Both the position numbers and the translations under genes were made by a program. Positions 16,659-26,401 of a stretch of DNA of 64,000 nt are shown piece by piece (the stretch's first letter is position 1; every line of letters starts with the position of its first letter). Source of the DNA: Candidatus Doudnabacteria bacterium RIFCSPHIGHO2_02_FULL_42_25 (lineage in GTDB: Bacteria > Patescibacteriota > Doudnabacteria > UBA920 > O2-02-FULL-48-8); the NCBI GenBank assembly GCA_001777665.1, contig MFEQ01000006.1:24309-88308 (forward strand). Direction: 5' to 3'. The notes under the pieces are model-generated. The model searched no databases. It saw nothing but the letters and a program-made list of their open reading frames with translations, and was not told the origin of the DNA.

Positions 16659-19193
16659 TTAGAGAGACCGTTCTACTGCGGCTGGGCCAGTCTCTGCAGG
16701 AGACCCCAATTGTGTCCGTTTGAGAATTTCATCATACACTTCAGATCGAGGTTTTCCGTATTTCAAACGCGACAAATTACGAATAACCTGGGCGGATTGC
16801 TTATCAGCTCCATCTGGTTTTGGATAAGTCTCCATATTAAATGGGCGGGAAGCTGTGCCATTGATCATCAATTTCACATAGGCATTAAATCGATCAATGT
16901 TGATAACATCAAACTGATTAAACACCGGTGCAAATTCTTTAGCCATAATTTCCGCATCTTCGACACCGATCCGGAAAGCAGTAATCGTGCCGGTATTGCC
17001 AAACACCGCGTCTTTCATGCGAGTATCCAGAGCGGAGGAACCTTCTTTTTCCTGGGCAAGTTGAGAAATAAACTGATGAGCCATGATCAAATTGAGCCTG
17101 TACTTACGAGCCTCTGATAGAATAGTCGCGAAGCTATCCGTCACAAAGTTTTGAAATTCATCGACATAGAGATAAAAGTCTCGTCGATTTTGTTCTGGAA
17201 TATCAGCTCTAGAAAGCGCGGCCATCTGGAGTTTCGAAACAATTATCAATCCCAGCAATTTGGCATTGACTTCTCCGGTTTTGCCTTTCGATAAATTGAT
17301 CAGCAAAATTTTACCTTCATCCATGACTTGCCGGAAATCAAATGCTGAATGCGGCTGGCCAATGATATTTCGCATCATTTCGTTTTCCACGAACCGACCG
17401 ACTTTAGAAATCAAATAACCCAGCATCTCTGATTTATGGAAATCAGAAGTTTTCGCCATTTCTTTTTCCCAAAAACTTCTCACTATCGGATCTTTGACTT
17501 TTGCGACTTTGTATTTCTGGAAATTCACATCAGTAAACATCCGTGGAATATCAGCAATTGTCCCCGGATATTGCTGATCTTCCATCAGAGTCAGCATGAC
17601 ATTGCGCATATTATGCTCAAACATCGGTCCGATAGTCTCTGGTGGGAAAAGTTTGTAGAAAATCGCAATCATTTCCTGAATCATGAAATCTTTTTGGGAT
17701 GGATCCTTGGCTTCGAGCATATTTAATCCGAGCGGACGATCCATATCAAACGGTTCAAACAAAATCACATCTTCAGCCCGTTCTTTCGGAATATATTGCA
17801 GTACATCTTCCACCAGATCACCGTGTGGGTCCACGATACAGATCCCTTCGCCATTTCGAATATCTTGGATGGCCATGTTTTTGAGTAATTCAGTTTTACC
17901 AGTACCAGTGCGCCCAATAATATACATGTGTCTCGTCCGATCCTCTCTCTGGATCCGAATTTTCGTATCTACGCCGCGATAGAGGTTGTGGCCGAGCAAC
18001 ACACCTTCAGCCGGGACATTGGTCGGGGCCGGTGCTTTTTTGGCTGCGACCCACTTGATATTCGGAGTTTCCAGATATGCTGTAGGCAGATGCCAGATAG
18101 ACGCCAATTCTTCGGTATTGAGAATCGCGGAAGTGTTTCGGAAAACTCGGAAAATATAATCAGAGATTACTTGTTGAGGTTTGCGTCGCAACACTTGAAA
18201 GCCATTGAACGGCGGCATAGAGTACTGCATAAATGAAGATAGAATATTTCGGAGGTTACTCTGGGCCATTTCTTGGCTGGGCGCAGAGCTGACCACGCGC
18301 AAATTAAATTTGTAACCAGGACGCGACGCTTTTTCTTCAAACTTTTTTATCATTTCCTGCTGCATCGGGGTCAGATGCAGCGGTTTGTTCATCCCTGAAC
18401 GATCCATGTACCCCATTTGTTGTTGCTGCGGTTTACCAGAATTCATAAATGAATTAAATGCTTCGCTGAAAAGTTTGAAAAATCCATTCATGCCTTTCAT
18501 TGCCATCGACGATGTAACCACATCAGGATTGCGACCTTGTTGAATTTCCAATGCATAATGCCGAGGTTTAGATTGCCAATGATCAGTGGAAGGACTGATC
18601 AGAAGCTGGATCGCAGCACCTTCGGTTTCTGTAAGTTTGGATAAACTGTTCGTCAGAGCATTCAAAGGATCAGTTTCCATGACTTTGTATGTCCGAACTG
18701 GAAAAGCGTAATCTTTCTGCAACGATAACTCCGCGGCAGTCACTACAGAATCTTTGCCGAAAATATTATAGGGTTTGATAACTTCAATATTCGCTTTTGA
18801 ATATTGAGCATGTAACTGTTTCTCGATTAAATCTTGCAAGTGCTTGGGCGTATTAATAAAAAATGAAATTTTCTTGGCATGGGCCGCGATTTCGACACTG
18901 ATATATTCATTGATCCCCAAAAAACTACTAACTCCGCGATCTTGGTGGGTCGTGATAGTCGTGAAGAACTGCTCGGCGATGGCTATCATTTCTTTTTCTT
19001 GCTTCTGTGGCTCTTTTTCCGGATCAGAATTTTCTTTTGGGATCGATACTTCGAGGAATACTGATTTCAAAACTCTTGGCGCCCAGGTTTTTTTCCGTAA
19101 GACATCGATAAAAACGTAATACAAAAGCAACCCACCCATTCCTAGGATGGCGATCAGTATCACCCAAAAAATTATCATTGCTGGACTAGACAT
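16659..19193 (-). CDS. VirB4/TraG/HerA-like P-loop ATPase with N-terminal TM
   Basis: HMYIIGRTGTGKT, VDPHGDL, YVDEFQNF, LSEARKYRL. Confidence 0.85.
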   Translation of the reverse strand: MSSPAMIIFWVILIAILGMGGLLLYYVFIDVLRKKTWAPRVLKSVFLEVSIPKENSDPEKEPQKQEKEMIAIAEQFFTTITTHQDRGVSSFLGINEYISVEIAAHAKKISFFINTPKHLQDLIEKQLHAQYSKANIEVIKPYNIFGKDSVVTAAELSLQKDYAFPVRTYKVMETDPLNALTNSLSKLTETEGAAIQLLISPSTDHWQSKPRHYALEIQQGRNPDVVTSSMAMKGMNGFFKLFSEAFNSFMNSGKPQQQQMGYMDRSGMNKPLHLTPMQQEMIKKFEEKASRPGYKFNLRVVSSAPSQEMAQSNLRNILSSFMQYSMPPFNGFQVLRRKPQQVISDYIFRVFRNTSAILNTEELASIWHLPTAYLETPNIKWVAAKKAPAPTNVPAEGVLLGHNLYRGVDTKIRIQREDRTRHMYIIGRTGTGKTELLKNMAIQDIRNGEGICIVDPHGDLVEDVLQYIPKERAEDVILFEPFDMDRPLGLNMLEAKDPSQKDFMIQEMIAIFYKLFPPETIGPMFEHNMRNVMLTLMEDQQYPGTIADIPRMFTDVNFQKYKVAKVKDPIVRSFWEKEMAKTSDFHKSEMLGYLISKVGRFVENEMMRNIIGQPHSAFDFRQVMDEGKILLINLSKGKTGEVNAKLLGLIIVSKLQMAALSRADIPEQNRRDFYLYVDEFQNFVTDSFATILSEARKYRLNLIMAHQFISQLAQEKEGSSALDTRMKDAVFGNTGTITAFRIGVEDAEIMAKEFAPVFNQFDVINIDRFNAYVKLMINGTASRPFNMETYPKPDGADKQSAQVIRNLSRLKYGKPRSEVYDEILKRTQLGSPAETGPAAVERSL

Positions 19194-19831
19194 CAGTTTG
19201 TAAACTTAAAAGTCGAAAGGATTTGATCAAAATCCAGTATTAAGTTCTCCTGATTATAAAAATGCGAATCAGACCCTAGTCTTAGGATATAAATTTTATT
19301 ATTGTTTGGTAAAAAAACATAAATAACTGCACCTCCTTCACCATCATATTTCTGTTTAAGGCCAATTTTATCATCTACTCTAAGCTCATTTTGCTGAAAG
19401 GAAAAACCGACTTCACTTTCATTGAGTATTTTGTCTATTTCATCTTTTGAATTATATTGTTCAGAACTTGTAAGCCATTGAGTTAGATTTAAATTCGACA
19501 AATTATTTTCTGTACTGATCTCTAATCCCGAAAACTCATCAATATCAAATATTATAGTTTTATCATCAGAGGAAATTATAAAATAACTTGGATATTTAAA
19601 CTCAAATCCATAATCTGTATTTGTATAAGTTTTCCAATCTGACGGAACGTCAGATTGCTCCGACCGAAGCGTCGGAGCTTCTTGACTGATCTCTGACTTT
19701 TTTATCTCCTGCCACCAGAAATATGAACCTGCGATTAATACTAAAAGCAAAACTCCAAGGACGGTATACAAAACCTTGTGGTTTAATACTGGATGGTTTG
19801 GTGGAATTGGGTTTTGGTTTTCTATTTGCAT
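19193..19831 (-). CDS. Single-pass protein with PsbP-like WKTY..YGFEFKYP domain
   Basis: TM segment, DWKTYTNTDYGFEFKYP, C-terminal ILSTFKF. Confidence 0.7.
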   Translation of the reverse strand: MQIENQNPIPPNHPVLNHKVLYTVLGVLLLVLIAGSYFWWQEIKKSEISQEAPTLRSEQSDVPSDWKTYTNTDYGFEFKYPSYFIISSDDKTIIFDIDEFSGLEISTENNLSNLNLTQWLTSSEQYNSKDEIDKILNESEVGFSFQQNELRVDDKIGLKQKYDGEGGAVIYVFLPNNNKIYILRLGSDSHFYNQENLILDFDQILSTFKFTN

Positions 19832-19845
19832 TGTTTATTATTTTA

Positions 19846-19918
19846 ACCATTTCGACCCCGGACTTGATCCGGGGGAGAAATCGCTCTTGGGAGGGATCTC
19901 TCTCTTCGTTCGAGATGG
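19846..19918. repeat. REP-like element, copy 2 of 3
   Basis: accatttcga...gggatctctctcttcgttcgagatgg. Confidence 0.8.
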
Positions 19919-19967
19919 GAATCTACGTAGTTAACTACGTAATAAATTTTGTTTTTCTATTTGCACA

Positions 19968-20960
19968 TTAATTCGCGAATTTAAAAGTCGAAAGCAATTT
20001 ATTTGCATCAATTAATGCGCCCTCTCCACCATTATAAACATCTAAGTTAATCTCATTATCTTCTCCCCAACTTGATGGGTAATTCGTTAGTTGAATTGAA
20101 ATGGTCTCTATGAGCTGGTTCGGGCACTTAATCATTCGCGGGCATTCGTAGCGCTTTGCTGAAAATCCTGCAAATTTAGTTTCTTCGATAGGAACATTCG
20201 CTCCTATGTCGAAAACACTTTCTCTTCCAATATTTTCTGCGGCAATTTCAAATTCTACGTACACGGTACCATTTTCTTCGTTAGCCAAGTAAGCACTCGT
20301 TCTGTCGCCAACTGATCTTACCTGCCAATATTCATTGGGAAAAATAAATTCATACCCATATTTATAACTAATAAACTTTTTATAAAAACCTGTAGTAACT
20401 ATCGAGTACTCATTAATCTTAATAGTCGAAAGGACTGGCAGTATAATTTTAGGGTTACCAGAAAATGTCAAAACATTTTCACCAGATTTAATTTCATAAT
20501 TTCCTGTTTCATGTCCACCTTGACCTCCCGAATAATAAGTAAATTCATAACCGTTTATTGCCTCTTTGTTTACACTTTGTGGGTCAGCCGTATTTAAATA
20601 TGATTCCCAACTAAACCAAAGGTCTATATCTCCCTCGAACAGAGGATTTTCCATCTTTTGTTTAGTCTCGGCTGAAATAAAACCTACTGCGTGAGGATCA
20701 AGATAAATTTCCCAGTCATTGGGATATTTAAACTCAAATCCATATTCGGTATTCGTATAAGTTTTCCAATCTGACGGAACGTCAGATTGCTCCGACCGAA
20801 GCGTCGGAGCAATCTGAGTGATCGCTGCTTCCTTCTTTAACTCATACCACCAATCGACAGAGCCAATCACCACGACAAAAAGCAGGACCCCGATAGTGGT
20901 CCAGAGAACTTTCGTTGTAAATAGTTTTAGTATTTCGTCGAGTTTGTTTTTATTTTCCAT
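19968..20960 (-). CDS. Paralogous single-pass PsbP-like protein (probably two domains)
   Basis: Same APTLRSEQSDVPSDWKTYTNT segment, second YGYEFIFP unit, LLSTFKF end; start taken at MENKNK. Confidence 0.7.
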   Translation of the reverse strand: MENKNKLDEILKLFTTKVLWTTIGVLLFVVVIGSVDWWYELKKEAAITQIAPTLRSEQSDVPSDWKTYTNTEYGFEFKYPNDWEIYLDPHAVGFISAETKQKMENPLFEGDIDLWFSWESYLNTADPQSVNKEAINGYEFTYYSGGQGGHETGNYEIKSGENVLTFSGNPKIILPVLSTIKINEYSIVTTGFYKKFISYKYGYEFIFPNEYWQVRSVGDRTSAYLANEENGTVYVEFEIAAENIGRESVFDIGANVPIEETKFAGFSAKRYECPRMIKCPNQLIETISIQLTNYPSSWGEDNEINLDVYNGGEGALIDANKLLSTFKFAN

Positions 20961-21039
20961 TGTGTTTATTTCAATTTTATTCTCCCCCTCGAGGGGGAGA
21001 CAGAACCAAGAATTCAACTGCAGTCTAAGGCTTAGGATA

Positions 21040-21084
21040 TAACCCCTCCTAACCTCCCCTTATATTAAGGGGAGGAACAACTGC
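21040..21084. repeat. 45-bp REP-like element, identical inverted copy at 60616-60660
   Basis: taacccctcctaacctccccttatattaaggggaggaacaactgc. Confidence 0.9.
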
Positions 21085-21088
21085 AAGT

Positions 21089-21514
21089 TTAGGCTGCCTT
21101 CGGAATTTCGCCTTTTCCTATTTCATCTATTCGGGCACGAGCCTCCATTGCTTGATTAGGAGTGAATTTACCAGTTGTTACTCCTTGCATCCAACTAGTT
21201 AAAACTACGTTTTTTTCATCCGAGGTTTTGGCTGCTTCAAGTTCGGCAATCATTTTATCTATTACATCCTCATCTGGGCTTTTCACCTTCTTGACTTGCT
21301 CGAATTTTGGCTCAACTTTCAAAGCATTACTATCTACATCATCTTTTAATCTTTGCATTTCTGCCTCTGTAGACCAACCGCGACTTACCCCAGCCCCCTC
21401 TTTTTCTTTGACATTAGCAAATTCAGCAGCGGTTTCTTGCTGCTTTTTCATAGCTTCTATAGCCTCTGGACTCAATTCAGAATCAGGGCGTTTAAATGGT
21501 AATTTTTCGGCCAT
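21089..21514 (-). CDS. Hypothetical protein
   Basis: 141-aa ORF, TATAAT 7 nt before ATG. Confidence 0.65.
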   Translation of the reverse strand: MAEKLPFKRPDSELSPEAIEAMKKQQETAAEFANVKEKEGAGVSRGWSTEAEMQRLKDDVDSNALKVEPKFEQVKKVKSPDEDVIDKMIAELEAAKTSDEKNVVLTSWMQGVTTGKFTPNQAMEARARIDEIGKGEIPKAA

Positions 21515-21656
21515 AACGGAGAATTATATACTAATTTTTGGTTTCTGGCAACCCCATGATATTTGCTAAATTATAACATAATTGGTATGCTTTAAGCAAA
21601 GTTTTTCGTATTTTCGTAAGTTTTCGTACTTCGTAGACAGAAACAAAAGCTTCAAC

Positions 21657-22589
21657 ATGAGCCTGAAAATAATTCATACCAAAAATTTACGTTGGATCGA
21701 CATCGTCGGACCTGAAGACAGCGATCTCACCTATCTCAAAGAACACTTCAAATTTCACCCGCTTGATTTTGAAGATATCATCACGCCATCGATCCGGACA
21801 AAAATCGACGAATATCCGGCCTACCATTTCATCGTTTTGCTTTTTCCATACTATAGTAAAGAAAACAATGAAATCCGTTCAGTGGAGGTTGATTTTTTGA
21901 TCGGTCCGGATTATGTGATCACTATTCACAATGGCAAAATGAAAACTCTGAACAACCTGGTACACAACGCGCAGCAGTACGACCAGACCCGGAATGCGAT
22001 GATGATGCAAGGATCAGGATTTTTGCTGTTTACTATTTTGGAAGCATTGTTCAAAAGAAGCTCTCCGATTCTGGACCACATCAATCGAGAAGTCCTAAGT
22101 GCCGAGAAAAATGTGTTCCAACTTGACATCAAAACTTTGGAAAAATTATCTGAACTTAAAAAAAACATCATCATCTACCGCCGTATCGTAAAAATGCACC
22201 GTTATGTTTTAAACAAAATTCTGCACTCTTCAAATGACTATCTGAAATTCAAAGACCACAAAACTTATTTTCAGGATTTGATCGAATACGGAGAAAACAT
22301 TTGGAACGTGCTGTCTTCTGACAAAGAAAGTGTGGAGAGCTTCGAAGAAACCAACCAATCTCTAGGCACGCATCGTATCAATGATATTTTGCAAGTCTTA
22401 ACAGTCCTCTCTGTTGTTTTAGCAGCACTAAATTTGATTACAAATATTTTGGTATTTATGGAACGAACCAACATCGAAGAAAACTACGGTCTGTCGAACG
22501 ATTTATACTTAATCAGCTTCATCACTGGCTTCATGTTTGTTGTTACCATAACCATGCTTTATTACTTCCGTAAACGCCGCTGGTTGTAA
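21657..22589 (+). CDS. corA: CorA family Mg2+/Co2+ transporter
   Basis: WIDI, FHPLDFEDI, KIDEY, INDILQVLTVLS, two C-terminal TMs; GMN signature degenerate. Confidence 0.75.
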   Translation: MSLKIIHTKNLRWIDIVGPEDSDLTYLKEHFKFHPLDFEDIITPSIRTKIDEYPAYHFIVLLFPYYSKENNEIRSVEVDFLIGPDYVITIHNGKMKTLNNLVHNAQQYDQTRNAMMMQGSGFLLFTILEALFKRSSPILDHINREVLSAEKNVFQLDIKTLEKLSELKKNIIIYRRIVKMHRYVLNKILHSSNDYLKFKDHKTYFQDLIEYGENIWNVLSSDKESVESFEETNQSLGTHRINDILQVLTVLSVVLAALNLITNILVFMERTNIEENYGLSNDLYLISFITGFMFVVTITMLYYFRKRRWL

Positions 22590-22600
22590 AATTAGTTATT

Positions 22601-22628
22601 TGCTACCATACTTGGTAGTATGGTAGCA
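22601..22628. promoter_or_regulatory. 28-bp palindrome upstream of TrpR-like gene
   Basis: tgctaccatact tggt agtatggtagca. Confidence 0.8.
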
Positions 22629-22656
22629 TTTTGCTCAAGTATTAAAAGCTAAACAA

Positions 22657-23175
22657 ATGTCAAAGTTTCCACGAGTTTTAACTAAAAAAGAACAAGAAGA
22701 ACTCTTTATAGAATTTGCGCAAGCCCTCGCGAGTTTGCATTCGGCTGTAGAAATGGCAAATTTTATCAAAGATCTATTATCGGAACCAGAAACAATGATG
22801 TTGGCACGAAGATTGCAAATAGCAAAATTGCTCTATAAAGGTTTGAATTACCGAGAGATAAAAGAAGAGTTGAAGGTCAGTTTCGGCACAATTGCTAGAG
22901 TTCAGACTTGGATGCAAATATACGGGGAGGGCTATCGGACAGTTCTTGAACGAGTCAGCCGAAAAAAATATGACCCTACAAAAGATGTCTCTGACTGGAA
23001 AAAGGTTAAGCGCCGATATCCTTTATACTTTTGGCCGGAATTACTATTAGATGAGATAATAAAATCATCGAATAAAAAACAAAAGCAAAAACTTTTGGCT
23101 GTATTGGCAAAGCAAAAAGAAAAAACCGGTTTAAGTAAAGAGTTGGAACATATTCTCAAAAGCGCTCAACTCTAA
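22657..23175 (+). CDS. YerC/YecD (TrpR-related) HTH protein with C-terminal extension
   Basis: FIKDLLSEPE, RRLQIAKLL, YREIKEELKVSFGTIARV. Confidence 0.85.
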   Translation: MSKFPRVLTKKEQEELFIEFAQALASLHSAVEMANFIKDLLSEPETMMLARRLQIAKLLYKGLNYREIKEELKVSFGTIARVQTWMQIYGEGYRTVLERVSRKKYDPTKDVSDWKKVKRRYPLYFWPELLLDEIIKSSNKKQKQKLLAVLAKQKEKTGLSKELEHILKSAQL

Positions 23176-23185
23176 TTTAGCAATT

Positions 23186-23213
23186 TGCTACCATACTTGG
23201 TAGTATGAGAGCA
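23186..23213. promoter_or_regulatory. Second copy of the 28-bp palindrome, downstream of TrpR-like gene
   Basis: tgctaccatact tggt agtatgagagca. Confidence 0.8.
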
Positions 23214-23269
23214 TTTAGCTAGTTCATCGAATTAATTAAAATTTATTTAAAATTTGTTATAATAGAGCA

Positions 23270-24664
23270 ATGTTGAAGCTATTTAATTCCCTAACACGAA
23301 AAATTGAAGAATTTAAGCCCATAACCGACAAAGCAGTCGGTCTTTATACTTGTGGTCCCACAGTTTATAACTATGCGCATGTAGGCAATCTTCGGACATA
23401 TCTGTTTGAAGACTTCTTGAGACGCGCTTTGGAATATAATGGTTACACAGTTAAACACGTAATGAATATTACTGACGTTGGACACTTAACCGGCGATCAA
23501 GACTTTGGGGAAGATAAGATGGAAAAAGAAGGTGGGTCAGTGGAGGAGATTCTAAACTTGGCAAAAAAATATACGGATGCCTTTCTGGCTGATCTCAAAA
23601 CGCTGAATATCTTGCAAGCTGAAACACTGGCTCCAGCAACTGAATATATCCCGCAACAAATTAAATTAATTGAAAAACTTTTTCAAAAAGAAATCGCTTA
23701 CGAGACTGAATTGGCTATTTATTTTGACGTTTCAAAATTTGAAAATTACGGACAACTCACTGGTCAAAAAATGGAAGATAAAAAAGTTGGGGCCAGATCA
23801 GATGTTGTAGTAGATAAAAATAAAAAACACCCTGCGGATTTTGCACTCTGGTTTAAACTAGCTGGGAAGTACAAAAATCATCTTTTACGATGGGATTCGC
23901 CGTGGGGGCAAGGCTTTCCTGGCTGGCATATAGAATGTTCTGCTATTTCTGAACATTTTTTGGGACAACCTTTTGATATTCATACTGGGGGCATCGACCA
24001 TCTTTTTCCACATCACACAAATGAGATAGCTCAAAGCGAAGGAGCTAACGATAAGCCCTTAGCTAATTATTGGCTCCATGGTGAGCACCTTTTGATCCGT
24101 GAAGGTAGAATGGGAAAATCTGAAGGTAATATCTTAACTTTGTCAGCTTTGGTAGACAAAGGCTTTAACCCTCTCGCCTATCGATATTTAGTTTTGACCT
24201 CTCATTATCGCAGTAAATTAAATTTTACTGAAGAAAGTCTGACTGGCGCCCAACATGCGTTAAATAATCTTTACCAAGAGATTTCTAATTACGACGAACC
24301 CAAAGTTGGTTGCGCCCAGTTTGAAGAAGATTTTTTAAATGCTGTTAATAATGATCTGGATACGCCGAAAGCCCTGGCAATTATGTGGGATCTTATCAAA
24401 ACTGACGAGTTCCCAACCTCGGCGAAAGCTCAAACCTTGTTTAAATTTGATGAGATTTTAGGTCTGAAAATGAAAGCAGTCTGGGAAGCAGCCAAAGTCA
24501 TACCCGATGTGGTCCACAAATTAATCGACGAGCGTGAAGTAGCGCGCAAATCAAAAGATTTCGTCCGCTCCGATGAATTACGCCGAGCCATCGAATCCAA
24601 TGGTTACATCGTCGAGGATACTCTCGATGGCTTTCGAGTCAAGAAAAAATTTGACAAAAATTGA
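23270..24664 (+). CDS. cysS: Cysteine--tRNA ligase
   Basis: YTCGPTVY, HVGN, PGWHIECSA, RMGKS. Confidence 0.95.
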   Translation: MLKLFNSLTRKIEEFKPITDKAVGLYTCGPTVYNYAHVGNLRTYLFEDFLRRALEYNGYTVKHVMNITDVGHLTGDQDFGEDKMEKEGGSVEEILNLAKKYTDAFLADLKTLNILQAETLAPATEYIPQQIKLIEKLFQKEIAYETELAIYFDVSKFENYGQLTGQKMEDKKVGARSDVVVDKNKKHPADFALWFKLAGKYKNHLLRWDSPWGQGFPGWHIECSAISEHFLGQPFDIHTGGIDHLFPHHTNEIAQSEGANDKPLANYWLHGEHLLIREGRMGKSEGNILTLSALVDKGFNPLAYRYLVLTSHYRSKLNFTEESLTGAQHALNNLYQEISNYDEPKVGCAQFEEDFLNAVNNDLDTPKALAIMWDLIKTDEFPTSAKAQTLFKFDEILGLKMKAVWEAAKVIPDVVHKLIDEREVARKSKDFVRSDELRRAIESNGYIVEDTLDGFRVKKKFDKN

Positions 24665-24679
24665 GCTTGGGTGTATAAT
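24651..24679 (+). promoter_or_regulatory. Consensus sigma70 promoter upstream of dnaB
   Basis: TTGACA-17-TATAAT. Confidence 0.75.
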
Positions 24680-24765
24680 TATTTTAATAATTTGTATCAA
24701 CTAGGCGGCCCAGGGCCGTTTTTATGTTTTCATTTTCTTTTCTTCATCTTCTTTAAGTCGAAGGG

Positions 24766-24890
24766 GCGAGCACTTTGGCAAGAAAACTAGCTTTCGCAGG
24801 TCGCGTGGGGCGACCGAGAACGCAGGCTGCAAAAATTGGCTTTCCAATGCCGATTTTTGACAGCCGTTAGTTTTTTGCCAAAATGCGAGC
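24766..24890 (+). repeat. Branched structured element, divergent copy A
   Basis: gcgag-stem...cgcaggtc...gaccgag...aggc..aaaatt..atttt..gccg-stem-cgagc shared with 26401-26509 and 55690-55794. Confidence 0.65.
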
Positions 24891-24985
24891 AAAGCTTCGA
24901 CTTTATCCCCACTGTCCACAGTTTCCACAGGGTTGCTAAATATTTTTGTACAATCTAATAATTAGAGTACGTTTTAAAGTCAAGC

Positions 24986-26401
24986 ATGCCTAAAAAGTCA
25001 GCCGAAATCAAACCGACGGAAAATTACATCAATCGTATCCCGCCACAAAATAAAGAAGCCGAACAATCTGTTTTGGGCTCTTTATTGCTAGATCGTGATG
25101 CTGTGATCAAAATCGCGGATTTAATCACTGCTGATGATTTTTACGAAGATAAACACAAGGTAATCTATCTGGCGATCTTAGCGCTTTATGACGAACGGTC
25201 TTCCATCGATATTTTAACTGTATCAAACAAGCTCGATGAAGGTCACAGTTTAGATAAAATCGGAGGTATGAGTTACCTTACGACTCTGGTCAACTCTGTC
25301 CCTTCTAGCGCTCACATAGTGCACTATGCCAACATCATCCGTCGAAAAGGCACTCTCCGAAGACTGATCTCGGCTTCTACAGATATCGTGGGCCTGGGTT
25401 ACCAAGAAGATCTGGATCTCGAGTCGCTGCTTGATCAAGCTGAACAAAAATTATTTTCAGTATCCCAAAAATACCTCAAACAAAACTTCATCGCTTTATC
25501 AGAAATTCTGCATGAAACTTTTGATCGTATCGATGAACTACACAGGGAAAAAGGAAAATTACGCGGCGTGCCGACTGGGTTCACTGACCTCGATAATAAA
25601 TTGGGCGGCTTACAAAAATCCGATTTGGTGATTCTCGCCGCTCGTCCATCAATGGGTAAAACTTCATTGGCTCTCGACATCGTCCGCCAAGTCGCTATGA
25701 ATGAAAACAAAGCTGTGGCCATATTTTCTCTGGAAATGAGTAAAGATCAATTAGTGGACCGATTGTTGGCTGCTGAAGCTGATGTTGATCTTTGGAAAAT
25801 GCGCACTGGCAAACTCAATGATTTAGGTCCCGATAACGACTTTGAACGCATCGGGCACGCGCTCGGCAGACTGTCTGAAGCACCTATTTACATAGATGAC
25901 TCGGGAGCATTAAATATAATGGAGCTGCGCACCAAAGCTCGGAGACTACAAGCAGAACACGATCTCGATCTAATCGTGGTTGATTATCTGCAGTTAATGC
26001 AAGGCCGTAGCACAGAGAATCGTGTCCAAGAAGTATCTGAAATTTCCCGATCTCTGAAAATCCTGGCCAAAGAATTAAACGTACCGGTGCTTGCACTGTC
26101 CCAGTTATCTCGTGCAGTTGAACAGCGCGGCGGCGACAAAAAACCACAGCTCTCTGATTTACGCGAATCAGGATCGATCGAACAGGACGCTGATGTGGTA
26201 ATGTTTATTTACCGTGATGAAATGTACTCGGGCAAAGACTCGAAAAAGCCTCATATCGCTGAAATTTTGATCCGTAAGCACCGCAATGGACCGACTGGCG
26301 ACGTGGAATTGTTCTTCGATGCTGAAAAGACATCGTTTAAGAATCTGGCTAAATCCCCTCCTCCAATCGAGGAAGCTATGATGGAACAAATAATGGAATA
26401 G
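24986..26401 (+). CDS. dnaB: Replicative DNA helicase
   Basis: PPQNKEAEQSVLG, AARPSMGKT, VDYLQLM, SDLRESGSIEQDAD. Confidence 0.97.
   Translation: MPKKSAEIKPTENYINRIPPQNKEAEQSVLGSLLLDRDAVIKIADLITADDFYEDKHKVIYLAILALYDERSSIDILTVSNKLDEGHSLDKIGGMSYLTTLVNSVPSSAHIVHYANIIRRKGTLRRLISASTDIVGLGYQEDLDLESLLDQAEQKLFSVSQKYLKQNFIALSEILHETFDRIDELHREKGKLRGVPTGFTDLDNKLGGLQKSDLVILAARPSMGKTSLALDIVRQVAMNENKAVAIFSLEMSKDQLVDRLLAAEADVDLWKMRTGKLNDLGPDNDFERIGHALGRLSEAPIYIDDSGALNIMELRTKARRLQAEHDLDLIVVDYLQLMQGRSTENRVQEVSEISRSLKILAKELNVPVLALSQLSRAVEQRGGDKKPQLSDLRESGSIEQDADVVMFIYRDEMYSGKDSKKPHIAEILIRKHRNGPTGDVELFFDAEKTSFKNLAKSPPPIEEAMMEQIME

Noticed and set aside
24680-24985. Replication origin
   Set aside because: Only three imperfect DnaA boxes, no dnaA/dnaN nearby and no sustained switch in gene orientation.
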